From IMG/VR virus record IMGVR_UViG_3300025174_000005: a stretch of DNA of 64,000 bases. One strand, written 5' to 3'. Shown here piece after piece: positions 12,401-20,300 of this stretch; positions within the stretch are counted from its first letter, which is position 1, and each line of letters starts with the position of its first letter. A program made the translations under genes and the position numbers. Below the pieces are notes generated by a model. It did no database searches. It saw nothing but the letters and a program-made list of their open reading frames with translations, and was not told the DNA's origin. The DNA comes from a virus.

Positions 12401-13603
12401 AAAGGATATCTCACTATTCCACTGTGACTTAAGCAATTCTGCTCCACTAGCTATATCGTCCCAATAAGAAGTTAATTTGGCATTATTGGGATTTGTACCT
12501 AGTGGTGTATGTTTAAATGCATTGCTTTCTGGATCTATGGTATGTTTAATTAGATTAGCTGTAATAGATTTGTGATAGTTTGTCCAGTGCCATCTAAATA
12601 CAGGCCATATAAATGCATCTGTAAAAAAATGTACGTGAGGCATATATACTTTATAGTTAAAAGCAAGCATAGATAAACGCACCTTTAATGCTTGAGGTAA
12701 TCCAGGTACGGTGCCTATTTGCATACTCATTAATGTAATGGCATCTATTTCATAATCTATGGTTAGCTTACTATTGAGCACTGGTAAGAAGGGTGTCTGT
12801 CTGAATTGAGCTACTAATGAAGCTAAACAATTAGGATCTCCGAATACTACTTCTTCACCACTATCTCTTTTAATCTTTTTAACATTACTTGCATTACCAA
12901 ATATCTCATTAAGGTTAGAAAAAGTTAATTCTATCTCTATGCGAATATCAGATCTACCAGCAAAGTGTTGTTGTGCACCAGGCGTACGAATCGTACTAAG
13001 AGCCGTTGTTTGAAATACTTTATTGACAGATATATTCTCTGGTGGTATATGAAATATACTATCTCCTAATCTAAAATAAGTAGGATCACCCAGTAGGTCC
13101 TCTCTATCAGGAAAATCAAATGCCTCAGGAAAGTCATTGTTTTCAAAGAGAGCTTCGTAATTTCCACTAAAACCACCTATATTTAATCCTAATGTTTCCT
13201 TACCTTCTTGGCGAAACTCTCGATTGGCTTCTGCAACTATTAATTTACCACCAAGTCTCTCTGCATTAGTTATTGCACTTTGAACAGTAGAAATACCATT
13301 ATCAGGCATGGCTACTAACTTACTCACAAAGCCCACAGCACCCATAGCTTCTTGTCTAAAGAGGGGTAATATAACTGGGGAGAAGAATTGATCGCGAGTA
13401 AGAGATAAGTTGCTTTCGCCATCAACTATATCAGATACATATTGTCGTGCTTTGCGAACCAGTTCTTGATTGGGATTTTGTTTTCTAAGTTCTGGAAGGA
13501 TAGTAATAAGAGCATTACCACTATCAATTATCTTAAGAAGATCCTTACGATCTTGACTGGTAAGTAATTTAGATGCTTCGTTAGGATTAGTATCTCTAGA
13601 CAT
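6491..13603 (-). CDS. Baseplate hub / tail-associated lysin, 2370 aa, with SLT lytic transglycosylase and C-terminal M23 peptidase
   Basis: SLT motifs at about 10490-10895: RTESNF (catalytic Glu), GMGQL, AYNDG. M23 motifs at about 6540-6900: HQGID (HxxxD), GYGNW, YAHL, HLHFE (HxH). Confidence 0.85.
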   Translation of the reverse strand: MSRDTNPNEASKLLTSQDRKDLLKIIDSGNALITILPELRKQNPNQELVRKARQYVSDIVDGESNLSLTRDQFFSPVILPLFRQEAMGAVGFVSKLVAMPDNGISTVQSAITNAERLGGKLIVAEANREFRQEGKETLGLNIGGFSGNYEALFENNDFPEAFDFPDREDLLGDPTYFRLGDSIFHIPPENISVNKVFQTTALSTIRTPGAQQHFAGRSDIRIEIELTFSNLNEIFGNASNVKKIKRDSGEEVVFGDPNCLASLVAQFRQTPFLPVLNSKLTIDYEIDAITLMSMQIGTVPGLPQALKVRLSMLAFNYKVYMPHVHFFTDAFIWPVFRWHWTNYHKSITANLIKHTIDPESNAFKHTPLGTNPNNAKLTSYWDDIASGAELLKSQWNSEISFSLVAEEALEQRKRIGALLRVQELSRAREQVADLEDALKKLRTQWIENGISDHLLTLNTQEPIIITQMSVTMENQITLMRMHDQEIAPHQFMGSQEDRIVVTLIANNDNNLITDLVNLFKNAQKYAREYRFEINDGFMTIDHPILKLLGIRYVVPQVILMDDVQGFPGWRQITMSFASFNRAERAFKDVKHVFQSDFFASDEFKKYLENNTNVESAGRSIDKELIEMALESMQTLQLYPDLQLPTFKEFSQGLLDIIKLVPEFTEQRAILVRHIKENNGLYVDPDFYMAWPLSQDKTTWVGLLQAHILDALNDAEIDGLEMTYASNFSVNPDGTNDRMTAKAIGRQKYGSIITHPHHDGLPMNEMVNSIIDTTSIGVSENARLVQETDAEARKILEEAKANATTKEERERIDKFEQHIFNARADDLKAKLDEIERFNSAALGPQPVPQSITGKIETSLGLPASTKPTPITLVAIESKTNNISIPSRAIDTYANNSVQDELQMSKIKDTIVSAAKENNIDPVVLTELFRTESNFQAHAKSPTGYVGMGQLGPAAACDASRALGGFLGAEEKAACDPNIINTFSNTGKINNQRLLNKLYDPEINIRLSAKYLGLQLKATKGDYQQALAAYNDGLGNVLSGAAFKKPTVQAYINNILGASGKFKANAQLTGGVQTKSGTHGDNNSAQMKIEIPNRSVRQILAETDTESNTVNDVIAATAPVPRYKPGKSDRAAYHDLLTYDQTGRLVLAFPTYVLQLLDEGPMIWWFKCIPIFASLNSLMDATVRMDRREPVHIATFTFANAYHSMVQGGWQDLGADYGRHVLQTTNAGANNNALGGFPAMIGDYFAWLGASYLAYLIPNREIIEYINEQRTRQWEQTAIRPGIRIHFRLGYGSNGLRLPVVFNGTVVATEVGEVVEVIAEGDGRELMNIFPVAKPNAKIKDIQLYEHRDLMVNMMMPYGAASAEDESDMAETLMGDFWVHLKDALSKSTAGQSMSLIGKGWKVVHFGRPVYPEPIMNAMKAQVNSNKRFLVQSMQETLERINAKGIPLPDQLILASVAINFDNLTFFGRTTMDLIEPLRGFYLASTDPKAFYGEIGENIYSPADVARLAKKEDTPTQEDFLRSGGHKLNMFIFNKNPWDVMTLCMQTSPNFYLQVRPFEYRSTLFFGEGYYDFRYAYHRVSSKDIQNNKEHNINVTQTSTSQVGVKDIQRIKDLTRTILNSLRMIQSTQNILISDVAMTLLANDIILKEVELQQLTNQKYKPIFNGNIDHPNTDEVRAQLEKVLMEQSLIARGRELNQTLAQNAQTAPGSTTVSNTDPNPAYINDPRFGLPVAYKIKTFSQAHIFTSGNIIANDIQVNNDLVYTDMHAVWYVSDSEPKIEPQVIDSAIFPQYRKNQVVDTRFLATKFSDPWDHAGFGIPNLFLNFLTAGIWGGIKDLINNTINGWPLSSAHRQAIKITRSLLRDSAREMYQGSLLVMGTPWAFPCDKFYLADSYVEMNGVADIKAVTHHFGFDTGFVTDITPDIACAVKGDRLWANYLVGIAAIGATVVVRNAVTTWLAHSAAKLKNTLLKAGNTLNKTKQLFQTANSAQATAIVDGFENPTTSTLSKGKDLINKFSKSGGDALNKIKGMIHIIARAKRLNTLGKMIKAGKTTTSAGKNIIQLIKAGSVVLKATAVGEAATGVGAPVAAVQFAVSLVLDILVWLVVDRIFLSIEYWQSSKYSLIIAPLNFRGREYTAGIAGHRQGTVVTLGGDDIPNASSDDFTQQIKQIREAGKQAEDEYKGKQPNTNNEELAPQGARGGTKSLPPSTSKQPADTSKPVPVKSGQYVRPGNGPTTSSFGVNRGDHIHQGIDIGVPEGSAIRAISDGYVEALGTQIGSSGRGYGNWLAINHDDGTAAGYAHLQNYEFDPTTMARIRRGEKVRIIKGQVVARSGVSGAPGQPHLHFEAALGPNKVLSGLSGDTVDPCSTFGIC

Positions 13604-13605
13604 AT

Positions 13606-16600
13606 TTACCTTTTATGAAGTAGATGTAGTAATTCATCTTCAACTGTTTCTTTGATTTTCTTGCGGTGATCTTGTGATGTGATATGAATATTGGTTGGCA
13701 TTTGAACTTGAGATAGTGATTGACCAACCAATTGATGTAGTTGATCGGGGTCTATATCTCCTCTGTCGCGGGCCCTAATGCGCACTTTATACGCATTACC
13801 TCCCTTACCTGGTACTGTCTCATCCATAATACGTGTTGTGCCACCTACTGATGGACTAGCTGGAGGTGTGTAAGAACCATCGGGCATAGGTGTCATGTCT
13901 GGACCAGGTGCTATCATATCTGGTTTGAGTTCACGTTGACCTAGTTGTAGTGAAGAAGAAAGTAATCCCGCACCTACGACAGCTGTAGCTAAACCACCTA
14001 ATCCCCATCGCGCGGAACGAGGTAAGCGCATAAAAGCATTCTCTATCATATCAATAGCTTTTCCTGGCTTAGGACGAATTGTTTCAGCAGCCTCAGCTAC
14101 TCCAGAGGCTGCATGAGCCCCTACACTACCAGCAACTTCTTCTGTGATATCAGCTGCAGCAGTGAAGCTACCCATAAGATCTTGTAGCTTAGCTCCAGAA
14201 CGTATCTGGCGTAATCTTTCTGACATAGGTAGATGAGCGTATTGTTCTGTTAGATTACCTATTAGAGAACTTGTTTGTTGATAGTGGCTTTCTATTACAC
14301 CTTGTTCTGCGCCATGCTGAATACCTCTATCTAATCTACGTCTCCATAAATCTGCTTCACTAATAATAGTTTTTGCTTTAACTTCTTCTATAGCTGATTC
14401 AGGAGCTATACCTTCTACAAATGCCTGGGCTTGAGCAGAACGCAGTTTCTCATTTAGCTCTTCTGCTGTACCTACCATTTTAAACTTAGCTCCGTGGGTT
14501 TCCATAGACTGTAGGATTAACTCATGCATACCTCCAGTTTCCCCAAGGGGTTTTACTTTAGCATAGTATCCTACTCCACGACTAAGAGCATATAGCTTCT
14601 CTTGATTCTGGCGCATAAGTTCTGCAGACTTCTCAGGTATGGCTGCCCATGGACCTGCTTCAAGTGAAGCACCTGCCGATAAGATCTTTCTACGACCTGG
14701 CTCACTCGTAAGAACGTCCATAATATTCTGGGCTCTAGACGGTGAAGGTATTGCAGTAGCTTGAGGACCTGTTGGTATTGCTGTTATTGGTGTTGTTGTT
14801 ATTGGTGTTGTTGGTATTATTGGTGCTGTTGATGGTGCTGTTGGTAATGCTGTTCGTAGTGCTGTTGATAATGCTGTTGGTAATGCTGTTGATGGTGCTG
14901 TTCGTCGTGCTGATGGTGCTACTGTTGGTGTTGGTATTATTGGTGTTGTGGATTTTATTGTAGATTTTAGATGTGTTGTTGTAATAAACTTTTCTCTAGC
15001 TCTTTGCTGTATACTAGTCATCTGCTTCGCAGCTATATTGTATTGCTCTATACCCACCTGTTCAAATGCTGCAGACTGAGCACTCATTATATCATGTAGT
15101 ACGGCTACGTCTCTGGCTGCATACTGGTATCGTTGTTTTGATAGCCTACCACCCCACTTAGATTTTTGTGCTTCTTTAGGCAAGGAAATGTTTAAATATT
15201 TAGACGCAAGATATCCTAGGTTAGATTTACCATACTTAGTTTGACTAAGAACCTGCTCTGCCACCATAGGATCGTATATCTGCCCACCGATTTTATATCC
15301 TTCGCCTAATAAAGCTTTGATATCAAATGGAGCATTTTGTATTATTTTAGGTCTAGAACTAGCGAGGAACTCAGTTAAAATAGATCTACCCTTTTTAGGT
15401 AGTTTAAGGAGATCTACAATACCAACAGGTCCGCCCTCAGCTGAAAGCTGAAGCAATCTAACTCTCTCTATTGCTTCAGAAAATGCTGTTGTTTCTGTAT
15501 CTAATGCAATATGACCAGATGATGGTAGACTCTTAAGGAATTCTTGTAACCCCTTAGCTGTAGTAATACGCTTGTATTGAACTGACTTAGGCTGTAATAC
15601 TTGTTGAGGCATTGGCCCAACAAAAGGTTTAGCATAGGATTCAAGAGGGTTTGTAGGTTGACTGGGTAAATTTACAATGTCTTTGGGTGATTTACCACTA
15701 GCTAATATTCTCTCATGCCCTACAAATTGCTTAGCTATATCTTCACGCTGTTCAAAAAGAGCTTGCATTTTAGGTGTGCCATATAGCTCACCAGCTTCGC
15801 GATGTTGTTGTATTAGTTGCTCTATGTTGGCTAACTCTTTAGATGCTTGCGATGCTTTAGCACCAAACTCAGATACTGTTTCTATTTCTGACATACCAGA
15901 TCTTATATAATCCTGCCATGCTGCCATTTGTTGAGCAAAATCTAATGTAGTAGATTTTGCTAGCTTGAGATATGCTTTAGATCTATATCCTGGTGCTTGC
16001 GTAGCAGCACGAGTTGCAATTTTCTGTATTACTTTACGAAATTCATCAAACTCCGCAACCTCAGCAGTATGACCCTTAACTAGTTTTAATATGTCTTCAG
16101 AGTGTCTAAATTTCTGATAGGAATATATTGCTTGTGGGTGTGTCTGACGCATGTAGGACTCGAATGCTGTTCCAAATACATCAGCTTCTGATAGTTGTGT
16201 GGGTAGGGCTGTTTCTGCAAGAGGAGATATGGACTTAGGACTAAACTGAAAAACTGTTCCCATACCAGATTGTATTTCCCTTTCTCGTTGAGAAAGGGGT
16301 CGTAAGACATCCATTGCCTCCATCTTTTCACGAGACATCACATTAGCAGAAGCCAATTCTTGTGTTAAATCTCTTTTTGCACCAGCTTCTATTATATTAC
16401 TTGTTTGAGCCAATAAGTTACGATCTACCTTAGGAGAAGATGTAAACTGAGCTAACCACGAACCCATCATCTTAAGAGGACGCTCGTGTATCTCCCAGGC
16501 CATACGCGCCTTACTAGAACCAGTCACTACTGTACGGTACCCCTTAAGAGTTTCCTGTACTTCTTCTCCAAAAGAGGGTAAGATTTTCTCAAAGATATGT

Positions 16601-17334
16601 TGTTCCATAGTATATATATCTTTGATAGTATTAGGTAAGGATATATTAGCACCAAAAGAAGCCTTAAGTAATTGCTTAGTTTTTATGACTACATCTTTGG
16701 TAGATGTCTTTTCTATTTGTTGATATGCTTGCAAGAATTCCTGAACAGATAATTCTCGGTGAAAAAGATTTGCCTGAAGTTGTTTAATTTGATCTAGTGT
16801 ATATCCTCCACTAGGCATTGCACCTGTTACGTCTTGCCATAGCTTCCATTTTTCAGTTCTAGTCATGTTTTCTAGCTGTGTTTGCCAAGAACCAGAAGGA
16901 GGTATAATAGTTGGTAGTGATGTCTTTACAGGAAGACCAGTTAATCCTTCGTGATAAGCAGAAGCGGTAAATCTAATAGTTGGTAATTGTGGACCACCTG
17001 TACCACCTATATGACCCAAACTAATCATTTTACTGATCTTAGATCTAATGCTTACATTATGTGGTGTATGGAGATACTGTCCAAAATAGGATGGTGTGCT
17101 TAATGAGGTAGATAGTGCTCGTTGGATTTCTTTGTGTGTTGTGTAGGTCTGATTAGTAAGAGGAGCAATAAGAATATTCTCTCCTGTAAATGGATCTAGT
17201 ATAAGATTACTAGATCTAGTGGTTTGGTTGTGAAGATGCTCGCTCCACGCAGGATTACTAACTGACCTAGCTATGTGAAGAGATTCTCTTGCGCTCTCTT
17301 CTCCGTGATTAATTGGAAAGGGTCCAAATGCCAT
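13606..17334 (-). CDS. Large virion-module protein with embedded PolA-type DEDDy 3'-5' exonuclease domain
   Basis: ExoI ALDTET, ExoII QNAPFD and ExoIII YAARD at about 15050-15600; Thr/Pro/Ala linker; lies between the tape-measure-like gene and the hub. Confidence 0.8.
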   Translation of the reverse strand: MAFGPFPINHGEESARESLHIARSVSNPAWSEHLHNQTTRSSNLILDPFTGENILIAPLTNQTYTTHKEIQRALSTSLSTPSYFGQYLHTPHNVSIRSKISKMISLGHIGGTGGPQLPTIRFTASAYHEGLTGLPVKTSLPTIIPPSGSWQTQLENMTRTEKWKLWQDVTGAMPSGGYTLDQIKQLQANLFHRELSVQEFLQAYQQIEKTSTKDVVIKTKQLLKASFGANISLPNTIKDIYTMEQHIFEKILPSFGEEVQETLKGYRTVVTGSSKARMAWEIHERPLKMMGSWLAQFTSSPKVDRNLLAQTSNIIEAGAKRDLTQELASANVMSREKMEAMDVLRPLSQREREIQSGMGTVFQFSPKSISPLAETALPTQLSEADVFGTAFESYMRQTHPQAIYSYQKFRHSEDILKLVKGHTAEVAEFDEFRKVIQKIATRAATQAPGYRSKAYLKLAKSTTLDFAQQMAAWQDYIRSGMSEIETVSEFGAKASQASKELANIEQLIQQHREAGELYGTPKMQALFEQREDIAKQFVGHERILASGKSPKDIVNLPSQPTNPLESYAKPFVGPMPQQVLQPKSVQYKRITTAKGLQEFLKSLPSSGHIALDTETTAFSEAIERVRLLQLSAEGGPVGIVDLLKLPKKGRSILTEFLASSRPKIIQNAPFDIKALLGEGYKIGGQIYDPMVAEQVLSQTKYGKSNLGYLASKYLNISLPKEAQKSKWGGRLSKQRYQYAARDVAVLHDIMSAQSAAFEQVGIEQYNIAAKQMTSIQQRAREKFITTTHLKSTIKSTTPIIPTPTVAPSARRTAPSTALPTALSTALRTALPTAPSTAPIIPTTPITTTPITAIPTGPQATAIPSPSRAQNIMDVLTSEPGRRKILSAGASLEAGPWAAIPEKSAELMRQNQEKLYALSRGVGYYAKVKPLGETGGMHELILQSMETHGAKFKMVGTAEELNEKLRSAQAQAFVEGIAPESAIEEVKAKTIISEADLWRRRLDRGIQHGAEQGVIESHYQQTSSLIGNLTEQYAHLPMSERLRQIRSGAKLQDLMGSFTAAADITEEVAGSVGAHAASGVAEAAETIRPKPGKAIDMIENAFMRLPRSARWGLGGLATAVVGAGLLSSSLQLGQRELKPDMIAPGPDMTPMPDGSYTPPASPSVGGTTRIMDETVPGKGGNAYKVRIRARDRGDIDPDQLHQLVGQSLSQVQMPTNIHITSQDHRKKIKETVEDELLHLLHKR
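14825..14912 (+). repeat. Copy of the 12-bp GCTGTT minisatellite inside the exonuclease virion gene, read antisense
   Basis: GCTGTTGATGGT GCTGTTGGTAAT GCTGTTCGTAGT GCTGTTGATAAT...; encodes TALP/TALS/TALR on the minus strand. Confidence 0.9.
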
Positions 17335-17350
17335 TTTATTTAACTAACTC

Positions 17351-20300
17351 CTACCTAAGTAACATATGTCCATCTTTGCGGATGAACTCACGTATTTGAT
17401 CTTCTCGTTCGTGCTTAACTCTCATATCTATTTGTATATCTGGATTTTCACTGGGTGTATCTTCTACGGTAATAAATAGATTTTCTAAACCCTGCCCTCC
17501 AAGTATGTGATGTAAGTAATCTTTTAAATGTCCGCCGTCTCTAGGAACAAAGGGTTGTATATCAAGTACGCCTTGTCGCTCTGCTGCTTCTACACGAGGA
17601 CCATAATATCCCATCTCTGCCATATCTAATCCTTCATTCTTCATAACCTTTATCTTATAGTCTTCTAGATTAGCATCAGGACTCCAACCATGCCAGTCTG
17701 GGGGAGGTAGAAAATGATTTTTGAAGTACTCTTCTAAATCTGGGCGATCCTCTATGGGCATCCTCCACTTAGCCTCAAGTACTCGTCGCATATTGTGAGG
17801 TACTAAGTTGAGTATTTCTGACCGTTCCTTGGGAGGAGCTTTCATGAATTCAACCATGAACTCTCGTTCACGAGAAGGAATAGCTCTAAATATATCCAGC
17901 ATTGCGCCATGAGGATCTACACCATATAGAGTTGTCTTAGCTAGATCTCTATACTGTATCGCTCTAGCTATCTCTTCTGTTAGAGGTATAACTTGTGTTT
18001 CTTTACTAAGATCGCCTAAGCGTTTAGTGTATTTACGTGATATGTGTTCTCTCAAGTGCTTATCTTTACTGGCTATACGCTTGCGGATTTTCCGCAACTG
18101 TTTAATATGATGTTTATCTTCTTTAGTTTTTTCTGACTTAGCTGTTAGTTGTTGAAGTTCTCGTTCTGTTTTAAGAAGCTCTAATAGATGAGAACCATGG
18201 AGTCCACGCCTAAGAAAATGTCGTTTATGAGAGGTTAGTCTACGTTGCTCATTCTTACGAGCTTCACCCTGTCCTTCTAATAAGTTAAGTAATCTATCTA
18301 CATCTATTCCTGTGGTATCTTTAATATTACTTATGGCAGCTCCATATAATCTCTGATATTTCATATATCTAAGTATATCAAAGTATTCTTCCGTATCTCT
18401 TCTATGTTGTAGTTTACCAGGTATGGCGTGAGTAGCCTTAAGATATAAGCTATACGATAACCCAGCTATACCTCCGATAGCACCTAATACACCCTTAGAC
18501 CTACCCATGCGTACATACCACCGCTCTAATGTAGAGAGCGTTCTTTGCTCCAAGTACTTGGCAGCAACGGGACCTGTACGTCCTAAGAATAAACCCAAAG
18601 TAGCTCCGCCTATTAATCCATGTATAGGACTTTCTGCTGCCCAGCCTTGTATTGCTTGACCTATAATACCTAATGGATTTGTCCAGTTATAGAAGTTAGC
18701 ACCATATACCATTCGTCTTCTATAGTATTCTAGCGCTGAATCTGTCTGTAGAAATTTTTGCTTAATTGTACCCACAATTGGTATGGGTATGGTCATATGC
18801 GAAAACCACTCAAGTGATTTACCTAGACCTATTTCCATTCCACTAAATCTGGCTTGTATGCCTGTTGGTGAGTAGTCGGTTACCTTCTCCTTAGCTACTC
18901 CTGCATCCAATAGGGCTTGCTGTAATTTTCTACCTTGCTCGTCAAATACAACAGCATGCATAGTTTGTAGTGTATCGTCTGCTACTTGAATAAGCGGATC
19001 TTTATTAAGTATTACTTTTATCTTACCGCCTATTGGAGCAAACTGTTGAGTAATCTCTAACGCCTGTAATCCTTCCTTGTCCTTACCTATAGCCGCACGT
19101 ATTCCCGCTAATCTAATGGGATTAGCTAATTCTTCTGTAAGTATTGTTTGTGAATCTATAATCGATTTAACAGTTAATGTATGTTCTTCAACATCACCAG
19201 CATACCTAAATCTATATGGTGCAAAATTATAACGCTTCTTACGTTTTGCAACTTCTTTACGTATAGCAGCTATCCTAGTTCTTGCATTCTCTATGTTTAT
19301 TCTATCTTGTCCTTGTAATCCTGTTGGTTCTAATACATGCGTAGCATAATCTAAATATGACTTAAATGTTTTAGAATATGGAGCAACATCAGCTAATATC
19401 TCTAACCTATCCATAAGAGGATATTGTTCCATTGATATATCTTGAGGCAATCCATGGATAGAAGCATATCCTGGTCCAGGTAACCTAGCCTCACCCCTTG
19501 GCAGGGCTGAATAAGGATCCGCTCGATGGAAGTTGATAAAGTAATCTGGCTCAATACTACCAGTTCCAGGTAGCCAGCTTGGTTGTGTATTTAGTAGTGG
19601 ATTAATTTCCTTGGCACGTTCTTCATATCCTCGCCTACTAAGTGCTCGTCTAAATATTTCAGAAAGCTCTCCCATTACAGGTAAATCAGGAGAGAAACCA
19701 CCTATGTTTAGATCTCGATAAAGATAACGCTCTAATGAAGTGTATTCTGGTTGAGCCAATCTATATTGCTCTAATGTCTTATTGCCAACTAAGGTCTTAC
19801 CTATGTATCCACGAAGACCAAATATATCCGCTATAGACTCCTGTTCTCTAGCAAACTGTACACCTATCCCTGCGGGATGAATTAGTTGATCTATAATATC
19901 TGGTGTTAATTGATTAATATCTGTGACTTCAGATAGGGGTCTTAGGTTCTCAAGTACTCCCTCATCTAATACCCTACCTGAACGTGTGCCTTCATTAGCT
20001 TGCGCTAGAGCATCTAAAACACGTTCTCTGGATACATATCTAGGAGTAGTTCCTTGTTGTTCGGGTATGGGTGCCACTGCTCTTGCACCAGCTTGACGTA
20101 TATTTAGATTGATGTCAGCTAATTGATCTGTGACGTGTCCGCTTGTTGTAGGTATGGGTTTTGTTGGACCTGCTCCCGTAGGTGTTGGTTGTAATTGTGT
20201 AACTTGTACCTGACCACCAGGGGTTACATACCCATATAAGTCCTCATCCCTAACCTTACGAGTAGTTTCGTTTTGTTCCGCAAGGGTATTAAAATACTCC

